The notes below the pieces were generated by a model that was not told the DNA's origin, did not search any database, and saw only the letters and a program-made list of their open reading frames with translations. From the NCBI GenBank assembly GCA_049968255.1, contig JBMFRB010000002.1, positions 153,772-217,771 on the forward strand: a stretch of DNA of 64,000 bases. The letters are read 5' to 3'. The position numbers were made by a program, and so were the translations under genes. This document shows, in pieces, positions 1-9,390 of the stretch (position 1 is the first letter of the stretch; the number at the start of each line of letters is the position of its first letter). The DNA comes from Candidatus Sumerlaeaceae bacterium (GTDB taxonomy: Bacteria > Sumerlaeota > Sumerlaeia > Sumerlaeales > Sumerlaeaceae).

Positions 1-441
1 TACGCTGGCGTCAGCGACACCGCTTTCAAAGATCCTCAAAAGGGCAAGGAGCTCGCTTCTAGTCTCTATGATGCCGGATGCGACATTATTTATCATGCGT
101 CCGGCTCCACGGGGCTTGGAGTGTTCAAGGCTGCTGAGGAACGAAAAAAGTTTGCTATCGGGGTGGACAAAGACCAGTCCGACGAAGCTGCTCCCGGCGT
201 CGTGCTGACAAGTATGACCAAAAACACCGATGCTGCGGTTTACGAAATTATAAAAGAGGCGGTTGAGGGCTCCTTCAAGGGCGGCGTTGTCAGTCTCGGA
301 CTCAAAGAGGGGGGTGTGGGTTATGTGTATAACGAGAAGAATAGGCACCTCATTGGCGAAGAGATTCACAAGAAAGTTGAAGAACTCAAATCCAAAATCA
401 TTCGCGGCGAGATAAGAGTCAGCCCTGTGCCGAAAAAGTAA
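1..441 (+). CDS. BMP-family (PnrA/Med-like) ABC transporter substrate-binding protein, C-terminal fragment (5' end outside window)
   Basis: Frame 1 is open from base 1 (YAGVSDTAFKDPQKGKELASSLYDAGCDIIYHASGSTGLGVFKAAEERKKFAIGVDKDQSDEAAPGVVLTSMTKNTD...), typical of the C-terminal lobe of basic-membrane-protein / nucleoside-binding lipoproteins. Stop at 439-441. Confidence 0.55.
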   Translation, partial: YAGVSDTAFKDPQKGKELASSLYDAGCDIIYHASGSTGLGVFKAAEERKKFAIGVDKDQSDEAAPGVVLTSMTKNTDAAVYEIIKEAVEGSFKGGVVSLGLKEGGVGYVYNEKNRHLIGEEIHKKVEELKSKIIRGEIRVSPVPKK

Positions 442-492
442 AAGCAAGCAGACCAGACTCGCGCAGAGGAATTGATGTGGGCGGTTGTTTTC

Positions 493-3057
493 TCAATAAA
501 CAACCCTTAGCGCGATAGCGCGGGGATTGACAGGAATGCTTATGCGAAGCACGCCGTCTTCCCACGTGGCCGGAATGCGCTTCCCCTCGACCGTAACTTC
601 TTTGGGTTTTCGATTCAATGAGTGGATTTGTACAAGCCATCTTTTGCGGGGTGGCACGTATTTGCCTCGCCCTCTGCCAATAACGAAATTGAGCGTAGTG
701 CCGTCGAAGGTGCCGTCAAAGGCTGTCCTGAGCTCTTCGCCATTGCGGTAAGCGGTCGTCTCGCCATCGTCCTCAACGAGCATGCCGGTGATTTTCTCGT
801 CGGGGAAGATGTCGAGTTGCGTCACGTCGACGGTTTTCTCTCCCACGTACTGAAGCACCTCTTGCCGGGGGATGACGGCGCCGGCTCTGACAAACAAGGG
901 CGGCTGTGCCGACGGTGCCTCGACAACGTAGTACGCCAGCCCATCGAATCGCTTACCTGTCCACCAATGCACCCAATTTCCAGCAGGGAGATAGACCATC
1001 CTTCGATCCTTTGCTGGCTCGAGAACTGGGGCGACCAGAAGCGAATCGCCCAGAAGAAACTCATCTGCGATGCGCTGGCAGTTGGAGTCGGTGGGAAAGT
1101 CAACCACGAGAGCTCGGTTCACAGGAAGGCCAGTTTCACTGGCTTGCACGAATGCTGTGTAAAGATAGGGGAGCAATGTCATGCGGAATTCGATCATCGC
1201 ACGTGCGACTTTTTCGACTTCTTGGCCGAAGGACCACGGTTCCTGAGCGGCTGTCCCCGTAGCGCTGTGCGTTCGACAGAACGGTTGGAAAACTCCCCAT
1301 TCAATCCAGCGGGCATAGAGCTCAGGATAGCAATCGTGTGCAAATCCGCCGATGTCGCAACCAACAAACGAAATGCCTGTGAGTCCCATACTGAGATTGA
1401 GCTGCAAATCCAACGTCATACTTGCCCACGTGGACTGGTTGTCACCGGTCCACATGAGCGCGTGACGCTGCACGCCAGCCCATCCGGAGCGCGTAATGAC
1501 AAAGGGGCGTTTGTCGGGCCGAGCTTGCACAAAACCCTCATGCGACGCCTGAGCCATCGTCAGACCGTAGACCTGATGCACACATGAGTGCGGGCTCTGC
1601 TGCCCGAAGTCGTACTGAAGAACGCGGCCAGGGAACTCTTTTTCCTCAAAAATGTGCGGTTCATTCATGTCGTTCCAAATGCCCGCCACGTCTTTGTCCA
1701 GCAGTGCCTTTTTCTGATAATCGCCCCAGCGCTTTCGAACGTCGCTGCGTGTGAAGTCAGGAAAATGCACTTTCCCCGGCCAGACGGTGCCAACAAAGGG
1801 GGCGCTTGTTTGCGGATCTATGCAGAAAAAACCTTTTCTCTCGATAAAGTCCCGATAAACCTCGTAGTTCGGGTCAATTTTCACCCCGGGGTCCACGATT
1901 GTGACGGTTTTGAAGCCTTGCTCACGTAGGTCCGAAATGAGCTTTTCGGGGTTTGGGAAGCGCGTCGGATGCCATGTGAACACGCGGTAGCCGTCCATAT
2001 AGTCAATGTCGAGGTAAAGCACGTCGCACGGAATTTTGCGTCGCCGGAACTCTGCCGCAATTTCACGCACCCGTGACTCAGGATAGTAAGACCAGCGGCA
2101 CTGCTGATATCCGAGTGCCCAGAGCGGGGGGCGCTCCATGTGGCCTGTCAGATCAACCCACTCCTTGAGAATGTCCGCCAGTGTGTCGCCGAACAGGAGC
2201 CAAACTTCTGCGTCGCCGGAAATCGTCTGATACGTGTGGACGGTTGGGCGCGTAAAGCCCAAATCCCAAATTTGTTTTCCCGGGTTGTCGACAAAGAGCC
2301 CGAAAGGCCGACCATTGCGTGGGTTGACGTGGATCACGAAAGGAATTTGGCAATAAAAATTCTGTCGGGGGTTTCGCGAGAAATCGTCTATATTCCAGAG
2401 CGTATAGCGTCCGCCCGAGCGATCGAATGTTTCTCCAACCTCGCCCATTCCCAGCGAAAGCTCGCCTGGCACGCATCGCCGTGCGAAGCTGATGCTTTCC
2501 CCGTCAAAACGAGTCGCTCGCGGGGCTGTTTGAAAAAGAGTTCGACCAACGTGATCCCTGACGAGCATCGCAAAAGGCTGGCTGCGCAACTCGACCTCAA
2601 GCTCTTCGGTCTGCAGACGGACGAAACCGCTTTCTTGCAAAAGCCGATAATTCGAATGCGGCCAATTGCGCCGCACCACCGCATAACTCAAATCCTTTCG
2701 GTGCTCAGGTTTTTGAGCAATGCGAAGGCGCAACACTTTTGGTGATGCTACTTCAAGCGATATCCGATGCGCATCTTCGAGAATAGACCAGACCTGGATC
2801 GGGCGTGGACACATAGAGGACGACGGCTCCTTTTCGGTGATGAGAGATTCTGTGGTTTGTGCATACGGTGCAAGGGAGCACAAGCACGACGTGATCATGA
2901 CAAGGACACAAAAAAACGCAAGGATGCCAGAGGTGGGGCGGTGTCTTGTTTGTCGGGCCCCCCGTGCAGAGCGCTGCTTCTCCTTACACGCGGCCGCGAC
3001 TTCGTGCGCGGAGGGGGAGAGGCTTTTTCCGTGCTGTGTCGTTCTAAGCATCATCAC
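493..3057 (-). CDS. Glycoside hydrolase family 31 alpha-glucosidase
   Basis: 854-aa ORF with the GH31 catalytic signature region (...KVHFPDFTRSDVRKRWGDYQKKALLDKDVAGIWNDMNEP...) plus N-terminal beta-sandwich and C-terminal domains. A hydrophobic stretch at aa 41-66 (ILAFFCVLVMITSCLCSLAPYAQ) looks like a signal peptide or N-terminal anchor. The start is uncertain: GTG/ATG at 3049-3057 overlaps the upstream gene by 14 nt. Confidence 0.85.
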   Translation of the reverse strand: MMMLRTTQHGKSLSPSAHEVAAACKEKQRSARGARQTRHRPTSGILAFFCVLVMITSCLCSLAPYAQTTESLITEKEPSSSMCPRPIQVWSILEDAHRISLEVASPKVLRLRIAQKPEHRKDLSYAVVRRNWPHSNYRLLQESGFVRLQTEELEVELRSQPFAMLVRDHVGRTLFQTAPRATRFDGESISFARRCVPGELSLGMGEVGETFDRSGGRYTLWNIDDFSRNPRQNFYCQIPFVIHVNPRNGRPFGLFVDNPGKQIWDLGFTRPTVHTYQTISGDAEVWLLFGDTLADILKEWVDLTGHMERPPLWALGYQQCRWSYYPESRVREIAAEFRRRKIPCDVLYLDIDYMDGYRVFTWHPTRFPNPEKLISDLREQGFKTVTIVDPGVKIDPNYEVYRDFIERKGFFCIDPQTSAPFVGTVWPGKVHFPDFTRSDVRKRWGDYQKKALLDKDVAGIWNDMNEPHIFEEKEFPGRVLQYDFGQQSPHSCVHQVYGLTMAQASHEGFVQARPDKRPFVITRSGWAGVQRHALMWTGDNQSTWASMTLDLQLNLSMGLTGISFVGCDIGGFAHDCYPELYARWIEWGVFQPFCRTHSATGTAAQEPWSFGQEVEKVARAMIEFRMTLLPYLYTAFVQASETGLPVNRALVVDFPTDSNCQRIADEFLLGDSLLVAPVLEPAKDRRMVYLPAGNWVHWWTGKRFDGLAYYVVEAPSAQPPLFVRAGAVIPRQEVLQYVGEKTVDVTQLDIFPDEKITGMLVEDDGETTAYRNGEELRTAFDGTFDGTTLNFVIGRGRGKYVPPRKRWLVQIHSLNRKPKEVTVEGKRIPATWEDGVLRISIPVNPRAIALRVVY

Positions 3058-3412
3058 GGTGAACTTCGTGCAGATTACGTAAAGCCTCGACTACGAGCAG
3101 AGCCACATGCTTCTTTGTGCGAGGCAGCCCACCCAAAAGTTCTGCAACTGTCTGTTCAGAAATTTCTTCCAGGATAGCGCGAGGCTTACCACAAAGAAAT
3201 TCAGCGACAACCGAACCAGCTGCAATTGTGGGCACGCAACCTTGCGCCTGGAAATTACACGCTTCAATTTTATCGTGCTTTACGAGAAGCAAAAAACGCA
3301 AACGATCGAGGCAAGCTTCGTTTGTGGCCTCACCCACATGGGTAGCATGTGCCAGCTCGCCGTTATTGCGGGGATGTTGGAAGTGATCGATGATAATCGT
3401 GCTATACTTCAC
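3044..3412 (-). CDS. Divergent IscU/SufU (NifU N-terminal)-like Fe-S scaffold-domain protein
   Basis: 122 aa, GTG start. The scaffold motifs are recognisable: IIDHFQHPRNNG, then Cys-x-Asp (EACLD) where IscU/SufU have CGD, a second Cys in QGCVPTIAAGS, and the IscU 'HC' position reading KKHVALL (His kept, Cys lost). No other isc/suf genes nearby; overlaps the GH31 gene start. Confidence 0.55.
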   Translation of the reverse strand: MKYSTIIIDHFQHPRNNGELAHATHVGEATNEACLDRLRFLLLVKHDKIEACNFQAQGCVPTIAAGSVVAEFLCGKPRAILEEISEQTVAELLGGLPRTKKHVALLVVEALRNLHEVHRDDA

Positions 3413-3511
3413 AGGCGTGATTTGGTCTCGTCAAATTGGTCTAATCAAGCGCGGACTCTTCGGCACAATGTTAGCGTCTCGACAAGTTTTGCTTCCTGCA
3501 GGTAAGAAACC

Positions 3512-4540
3512 ATGACCATGCTTCGAAATCGTCTTTTATTGTTTTTAACTTTGTGTACATGGTGGACAGCGCCAATAGCCACGCAGGCGTGCTTTTACTC
3601 TCTTTACGCATTCGACACACAGCATGACAGTCAGACCAACCTTGAGGACCTACTGCTTGATCGCTACGTCGAGGAAGAGAAGTCAAAGGCCCGGGCGAAC
3701 TTCTATAGCCAAGAGCTCAAGCGCCGCGAACGTGACCTCTCAGGCAAACGGCAGGATCCCGAATTTCTACGCGATTACGGCTATCTTTTGCATGTTACAG
3801 GCAACACTCCCACCGCAATTCGCATTTGGGAGGAAGCGTTAGCTAAAGCGCCAAACGATTATGCGCTTCTCTGTAATCTGGCAACGGCGCATCAGATTCT
3901 CGGCGTGGATCATTACGCCAAGGCCAGAGAACTGTTGCAAAAAGCTGTGCGCTTGAAGCCTGGGTTTCGTCACAAAGCAGAGGAATTCCATTTGCGGCTT
4001 ATCGAGCACCTCATGGCTCAGAGCGAAGATTGGCAGTATATCCGCCGGGAACTGCTTTTCCCTCAACTTACCCCTGCGTGGCGAGCACGCAAAGAGCCCC
4101 CCAACGAGTTCAATGCTTCTGGGCTTCCGAAAGATGCAATCCAAGGTCTTGCTGAGCTGTTGCGCCAGTTTCCCAAACAAGGTGATACCTGGATGGTTCT
4201 CGGTATGCTTCTCGAAACGAGAGGGAAGTGGCGTGAGGCGCGGCTGGCTTATCAAAAAGCCCTCAAGTTCGGCTGTGGCATGACCGAAGAATTACGGGAG
4301 TATTTTGAAAAATACCGTGCATTTGCGGAAAAAAAGAACCCTGTCCGCTACGTGGGCTGGCTTTTCCTTAGTGCGTTTTTTCTCATGATTGCTGCCTTCA
4401 TAGGGCCACGCATGATTGCAACAGTGCGGGCCGTGGTCGAGGATATCCAAAATGTGCGTCGGCAGAAAGTCGACCGTGAGGACAAAACGAGCCGTCCTCA
4501 ACCGAACTCACTATCCGGCAGGAAGGGCGGCGAACGCTAA
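3512..4540 (+). CDS. TPR-repeat protein with N-terminal signal peptide and C-terminal transmembrane helix
   Basis: ATG at 3512. N-terminal hydrophobic signal (LLLFLTLCTWWTAPIATQA), several TPR-like helical repeats (ALAKAPNDYALLCNLATAHQILG..., LQKAVRLKPGF..., WMVLGMLLETRGKWREARLAYQKALKFG), and a C-terminal TM segment (YVGWLFLSAFFLMIAAFIGP). Confidence 0.6.
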   Translation: MTMLRNRLLLFLTLCTWWTAPIATQACFYSLYAFDTQHDSQTNLEDLLLDRYVEEEKSKARANFYSQELKRRERDLSGKRQDPEFLRDYGYLLHVTGNTPTAIRIWEEALAKAPNDYALLCNLATAHQILGVDHYAKARELLQKAVRLKPGFRHKAEEFHLRLIEHLMAQSEDWQYIRRELLFPQLTPAWRARKEPPNEFNASGLPKDAIQGLAELLRQFPKQGDTWMVLGMLLETRGKWREARLAYQKALKFGCGMTEELREYFEKYRAFAEKKNPVRYVGWLFLSAFFLMIAAFIGPRMIATVRAVVEDIQNVRRQKVDREDKTSRPQPNSLSGRKGGER

Positions 4541-4555
4541 TTCTTTGGGGGTGCT

Positions 4556-6781
4556 ATGAGTTCCCTTTTCGACAATGCGGAGTCCCTTGTGGAGCTTACA
4601 GGCACAGTGGATCGGGTTATTTACACGAACCCAGAGAACGGATATACGGTTGCAGCCTTGATTCCCAAGGGATCGCGAAAGGAAGTTACCATTGTCGGTT
4701 ATTATCTCAACGTTCACCCCAACGAGGAGGTTCGCTGCCGCGGTGAATACATCGAGGACAAACGTTACGGTCGTCAATTTAAGGTCCACTGGTACGAGTC
4801 CATCTTGCCGACTTCACTCGAAGCGATAGAGCGTTATCTTGCTAGCGGTGTTATCAAGGGCATCGGCGAGAAATATGCTAAATTATTATTGGCACATTTC
4901 GGCAAAGATATCTTTGACGTCCTCGAACATTCGCCCCAACAACTGGCCGAAGTTCCAGGGATTGGCCCAAAGCGGATCGAGAAAATTATCAACAGTTGGA
5001 ATAGCCAGCGCGTACTCCGGGATGTCATGCTTTTTCTCCAGCAGCACGAAATTTCTCAATCGCTAGCCCCCAAGATTTACGCCCAGTATGGCCCCGATGC
5101 CATCAATCAGCTCCGACGCAACCCCTACCAGTTAGCGATGGACATTCGTGGTGTCGGATTCAAACGCGCTGATGCTATGGCGAAAAAGCTGGGGATTCCT
5201 CCTAACAGTCTCGAACGTGTGAAAGCGGGATGTTATTATTTGTTAGCGGAAATGGCGGAGGATGGGCACACGTATTTCCCAGCTGATTCGTTTGTGCTGC
5301 GAGCGGCCCAAACACTGGAGGTTGCCGAAGACCTTGTCGTGCAGGCGCTCAATGCCCTCAAAGCAGAGCGCTACGTTGTGCTGGAGCGTTTACCGGATGG
5401 CGTGGGAGCTGTTTATCTACGACCACTTTATCAGCATGAAGTTGGCGTGGCACAACAGCTTGCAGCGATTGCATCCACTGCCAAACTCCTACCAAAGATT
5501 CCCCTCGAGGAGGAACTGAAAGCGTTCGAAGAGGCGCACCAATTTGAGCTTGCACCGAATCAGAGAGCAGCTATTGCCATGGTGGCACGCGGAGGCGTTT
5601 GCGTGATTACGGGCGGCCCGGGCACGGGAAAAACGACGATCGTGCGCACGCTTCTCAAGATTCTCGAAAAATACGGCTTGCGTGTTGTTCTCGCTGCTCC
5701 CACGGGACGGGCTGCTAAGCGCATGCAGGAATTGACCCATCACACGGCCTCCACGATTCATCGCCTTCTCCAGTATTCACCTCGCGACGGCCGTTTTCTC
5801 AGGAACCGCCAGAATCCGATTCGTGCTGACTTCGTTGTAGTCGACGAAACGTCCATGCTGGATATCTCGCTCGCGCATCACTTTTTGCAGGCTTTTCGTC
5901 CCACCAGTTCTTTGGTGTTTGTTGGCGACGTGGACCAGTTGCCGTCGGTGGGCCCAGGCAATTTCTTGCGCGATTTGATTGCTAGCGACTGTGTGCCGGT
6001 CGTGCGTCTTCGCGAGATTTTTCGCCAGGCTCGGCATTCATCAATCATTCGTAATGCTCACCGCATCAACGAGGGCGAGATGCCCGTCGTCAACCTGAAT
6101 GATGAGGCAGGCGAGTTTCAATTTTACCGCGCTGAGACCCAAGAGGAGGCGCTGGAGCTTATCAAGGAACTTGTTGGCACAAAGCTCCCCCAGACGCGTG
6201 GCTTTGATCCGAAATCAGACATCCAGGTTCTGGTTCCGATGCATCGGGGGCTTATCGGTGCGCAGAATCTCAATCGTGAACTTCAGATGCTACTCAATCC
6301 TCACGGAGCGACTCTCGAGCGGGGCGGAACGCTCTTTCGCATAGGGGATAAAGTGATGCAGGTGGCCAATGATTATGAAAAGAACGTCTTCAATGGCGAC
6401 ATTGGCATGATCGTGGGAATAGATCGGGACGAGCGCCTAATCAAAGTTCAGTTCGATCAGCGGATCGTTGTGTATGAATTTAGCGAGCTCGAGGAACTTG
6501 AACTTGCCTATGCAGTGACGGTCCACAAAGCGCAGGGTAGTGAATATCCTGCAATCGTGATTCCACTGCACTTTACTCACTCGGTGATGCTGCACCGCAA
6601 TTTGCTTTACACAGCAGTAACTCGCGGACGCCGGCTGGTGTGTCTCGTGGGACAATGGGGGGCTTTGCGCATGGCGGTCCAGAATATCCGAGAGACGCCC
6701 CGATTCTCGGCGTTGCACCTTCGGCTAAAACAACGTCTGGGTTCGCGGGAACTGCAGTCTCCCCAAGCGTCTAGCGCCTGA
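4556..6781 (+). CDS. recD2: ATP-dependent RecD-like DNA helicase (RecD2 type)
   Basis: 741 aa. N-terminal OB/HhH region, Walker A (ITGGPGTGKTT), SF1B helicase motifs (VVDETSMLD, VFVGDVDQLPSVGPG, YAVTVHKAQGSEYP) and a C-terminal SH3-like region. Collinear with RecD2. Confidence 0.85.
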   Translation: MSSLFDNAESLVELTGTVDRVIYTNPENGYTVAALIPKGSRKEVTIVGYYLNVHPNEEVRCRGEYIEDKRYGRQFKVHWYESILPTSLEAIERYLASGVIKGIGEKYAKLLLAHFGKDIFDVLEHSPQQLAEVPGIGPKRIEKIINSWNSQRVLRDVMLFLQQHEISQSLAPKIYAQYGPDAINQLRRNPYQLAMDIRGVGFKRADAMAKKLGIPPNSLERVKAGCYYLLAEMAEDGHTYFPADSFVLRAAQTLEVAEDLVVQALNALKAERYVVLERLPDGVGAVYLRPLYQHEVGVAQQLAAIASTAKLLPKIPLEEELKAFEEAHQFELAPNQRAAIAMVARGGVCVITGGPGTGKTTIVRTLLKILEKYGLRVVLAAPTGRAAKRMQELTHHTASTIHRLLQYSPRDGRFLRNRQNPIRADFVVVDETSMLDISLAHHFLQAFRPTSSLVFVGDVDQLPSVGPGNFLRDLIASDCVPVVRLREIFRQARHSSIIRNAHRINEGEMPVVNLNDEAGEFQFYRAETQEEALELIKELVGTKLPQTRGFDPKSDIQVLVPMHRGLIGAQNLNRELQMLLNPHGATLERGGTLFRIGDKVMQVANDYEKNVFNGDIGMIVGIDRDERLIKVQFDQRIVVYEFSELEELELAYAVTVHKAQGSEYPAIVIPLHFTHSVMLHRNLLYTAVTRGRRLVCLVGQWGALRMAVQNIRETPRFSALHLRLKQRLGSRELQSPQASSA

Positions 6782-7085
6782 GAAGCGAGCGCGAGAACGT
6801 GAGAAGTGTCCGTACGCCGTTGTGCCGGCGAGCTCTAAACGGTGTGCGCAGAATTCGTCCAGCCGTGACAACGAGAGCTACCCCTGTCATGAGAGTTACG
6901 GCCAAAACAATGCTAAGACCAGCGAGAAACGCCGCTCCAACAATGCCAAGACCGGTTTGCATTTCTCTCGTGCGTGAGCGCTTATTTTCTGGCGCCTCGA
7001 AAGGGGTGGCCTCGACCTCGATTCGCTCAGTGCGCGTACGCTTGCTTCGAGGGGCTGTGACCACGGCGTGTTTGGTCTCGCTCAT
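6771..7085 (-). CDS. Small hypothetical membrane protein (one TM helix)
   Basis: 104-aa ORF with a charged N-terminus and a single clear TM helix (GLGIVGAAFLAGLSIVLAVTLMTGVALVV). The overlapping plus-strand ORF is Arg-rich junk, so the minus frame is preferred. No recognisable family. Confidence 0.3.
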   Translation of the reverse strand: MSETKHAVVTAPRSKRTRTERIEVEATPFEAPENKRSRTREMQTGLGIVGAAFLAGLSIVLAVTLMTGVALVVTAGRILRTPFRARRHNGVRTLLTFSRSLLRR

Positions 7086-7290
7086 CGATCGTAGTTATCC
7101 GACACCGTGAACTTGAATTCGGCGAAATCGACAAAAACTTTGCAGGTCCTAGGGTTGCGGCAAAAACCGAATGTGTCATAGTTGTGACTCTGTTCCGCCA
7201 CGTTGTGCAAAGATGAATAAAGCACGGATTCTTTTTTTACGAAAAATCAAAGAAAGGCAATAGTCCCCCCAGTGGGACACAGGCAAAAAA

Positions 7291-7893
7291 ATGCCGTGTA
7301 GTGTTCTCAATGAAAGTGTCCTAGTGTTAAATAGACACTGGGTTGCAGTCCACGTGACGAACGCACGTCGTGCCCTCGTCCTTCTCTACGCCGCACATGC
7401 CCGAGTGGTGACGGAGGACTACTCTACTCACACCTTCGAAAGCTGGCGTGAGCTTTCGGCCGCCATGAACACGGTGAAAAAGATCATCACTCCAAGCTTT
7501 GAGATTGCCGTGCCAGAAGTTATTATGCTTACGGAGTTTAGCAAGTTTCCGCCACGCCACGTCAAGTTCTCGCGGCGTAACATTTATCTGCGGGACAATT
7601 TTACGTGCCAGTACTGTGGAGCTGTTCCCCCACGGGAAGAGCTGACAATCGACCACGTTATCCCGCGATCGCGTGGGGGGCGAACCGTGTGGGAGAACGT
7701 CGTTCTGGCGTGTGTCAAGTGCAATACGATGAAGGGCAACCGTTTGCCAGAAGAAGCTGGACTTGTGTTGCGCACGAAGCCACGAAAACCTCACTGGTTG
7801 GCTTGCACAAGCTTCAATCTGCCATCGCAGCCCAGTTCTCTGTGGCAGCGTTTTCTCGATAATGCTTACTGGAATACACCGCTCCGGCCCTAA
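7291..7893 (+). CDS. HNH endonuclease-family protein
   Basis: ATG at 7291. C-terminal HNH/zinc-finger motif (CQYCGAVPPREELTIDHVIPRSRGGRTVWENVVLACVKCNTMKGN). N-terminal about 100 aa of unknown function. Confidence 0.75.
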   Translation: MPCSVLNESVLVLNRHWVAVHVTNARRALVLLYAAHARVVTEDYSTHTFESWRELSAAMNTVKKIITPSFEIAVPEVIMLTEFSKFPPRHVKFSRRNIYLRDNFTCQYCGAVPPREELTIDHVIPRSRGGRTVWENVVLACVKCNTMKGNRLPEEAGLVLRTKPRKPHWLACTSFNLPSQPSSLWQRFLDNAYWNTPLRP

Positions 7894-7944
7894 GCAAGAA
7901 CCTTGTTGATAGTGCTTGCGAAGGCCAGCCTGTGCAAGGTGCCC

Positions 7945-9222
7945 TCACTCACTGAGTTCTACAATCATAAACTGGGTTTTGCCCACTTTGAGTTTGTAGG
8001 TGCCAGCAACCAGAGGCATCCGTGCCGACGACAACACAGCAGCGTTATCCAGAAGATCGATTGGTTGACATGGCGGCTGATCAAATACCTTGACGCCGCC
8101 TTGCTGCACAAGGCGTTGGGCCTCACGTGCCGACGATGCTGCACCAGTAGCGGTCAGGAGCTTGATGAGATTGGGTGCCTCCGATAGGCGCAAACGGTAG
8201 CGGTCGGCACTCTCCTCTGGAAAAAGCCGGAGGCTAAAACGAGCCCGGAATGCTTCCGCTTCGCGCTCGGCTGCCTCAGGACTATGATAGAGCGAGACGA
8301 TTGTCTTTGCCAGCAGTTCTTTTGCGTCGCGGGGGTGCAATTCCCCAGATTTTACCCGTTCGCGAATGGCTTGTGTTTGCGCCGAAGAGAATCCCGCAGC
8401 TAATTGAAAATAATCCCACATGAGCTCATCCGGAATGCTCATGGTTTTCCCAAACATGTCGCGCGGAGGCTCTGTGATTCCGATGTAGTTGCCTAGGCTT
8501 TTGCTCATTTTATTGACGCCGTCGAGCCCCACGAGCAGCGGCATGGTCATAACGCACTGAGCATCCATGCCAGCTTCACGCTGGAGAGTGCGTCCTACTA
8601 ATAAATTAAATTTCTGATCTGTGCCACCCAGCTCAATGTCCGCGCGCACCGCAATTGAGTCGTACCCCTGCAGCAACGGATAGATGAATTCGTGGAGGTA
8701 AATGGGGACCTCGCGTTCGAAGCGGCGATGGAAATCTTCGCGTTCGAGCATTTGCGAGACCGTAAATTTGCTCATGAGCTCGATCGTTGCGGAGACGTCC
8801 ATTTTCTCAAGCCACGTGGAGTTGAAGACGACTTCGGTTCGATCGCGGTCGAGAATTTTGAAAATCTGTTCTAAGTAGGTGCGTGCATTTTGGAGGACTT
8901 GCTCTTTGCTCAGGCGCGGACGTGTTGTGTTTTTGCCGCTTGGATCACCAATACGAGCCGTGTAATCGCCAATCAGAAAAACCACTTGATGACCAAGGTC
9001 CTGAAATTGCTTCAATTTTCGAATGGGCACGCTGTGGCCGAGGTGGATGTCGGGGGCTGATGGGTCTGCACCGTATTTCACACGGAGAGGTCTGCTCTCG
9101 CGCTTCGAACGCAACAGCTTCTCAATAAATTCCTCAGAGGGGAGAATCTCGACAGTGTTGGAAGCCAAAATCTCGTATTCTTCGCGAATTTCGTCGGGAA
9201 TGACCAGCGTTGTCTCACTCAT
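7945..9222 (-). CDS. tyrS: Tyrosine--tRNA ligase
   Basis: ATG at 9222. HIGH-type motif (PDIHLGHSVPI), KMSKS motif (KMSKSLGNYIG) and a C-terminal S4-like domain. 425 aa. Confidence 0.9.
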   Translation of the reverse strand: MSETTLVIPDEIREEYEILASNTVEILPSEEFIEKLLRSKRESRPLRVKYGADPSAPDIHLGHSVPIRKLKQFQDLGHQVVFLIGDYTARIGDPSGKNTTRPRLSKEQVLQNARTYLEQIFKILDRDRTEVVFNSTWLEKMDVSATIELMSKFTVSQMLEREDFHRRFEREVPIYLHEFIYPLLQGYDSIAVRADIELGGTDQKFNLLVGRTLQREAGMDAQCVMTMPLLVGLDGVNKMSKSLGNYIGITEPPRDMFGKTMSIPDELMWDYFQLAAGFSSAQTQAIRERVKSGELHPRDAKELLAKTIVSLYHSPEAAEREAEAFRARFSLRLFPEESADRYRLRLSEAPNLIKLLTATGAASSAREAQRLVQQGGVKVFDQPPCQPIDLLDNAAVLSSARMPLVAGTYKLKVGKTQFMIVELSE

Positions 9223-9390
9223 AGCGATTTGCCCTTATGGACGTTAGACTCTGAAATCAATAGCAGAGTTCGCTTTTTGTTTGGATGTAACCCCCCCGAC
9301 GGCAAAAGGCATGCCCCAGGGCATTCGCTTGCGGCAAACGGGGTGCCTGTGGGTGGCCCATAAGTGCATTCTGAATGCTAGCGAGCCAAC

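Noticed and set aside
622-1587. 321-aa plus-strand ORF inside the GH31 gene, with several other internal ORFs at 906-1262 and 2140-2745
   Set aside because: They are antisense or shadow frames of a gene with a clear GH31 signature. They show no motifs and a biased composition.
9223-9390. T-box leader upstream of tyrS
   Set aside because: No AGGGTGGNACCGCG T-box sequence or specifier-loop architecture is evident in the 168-nt spacer.
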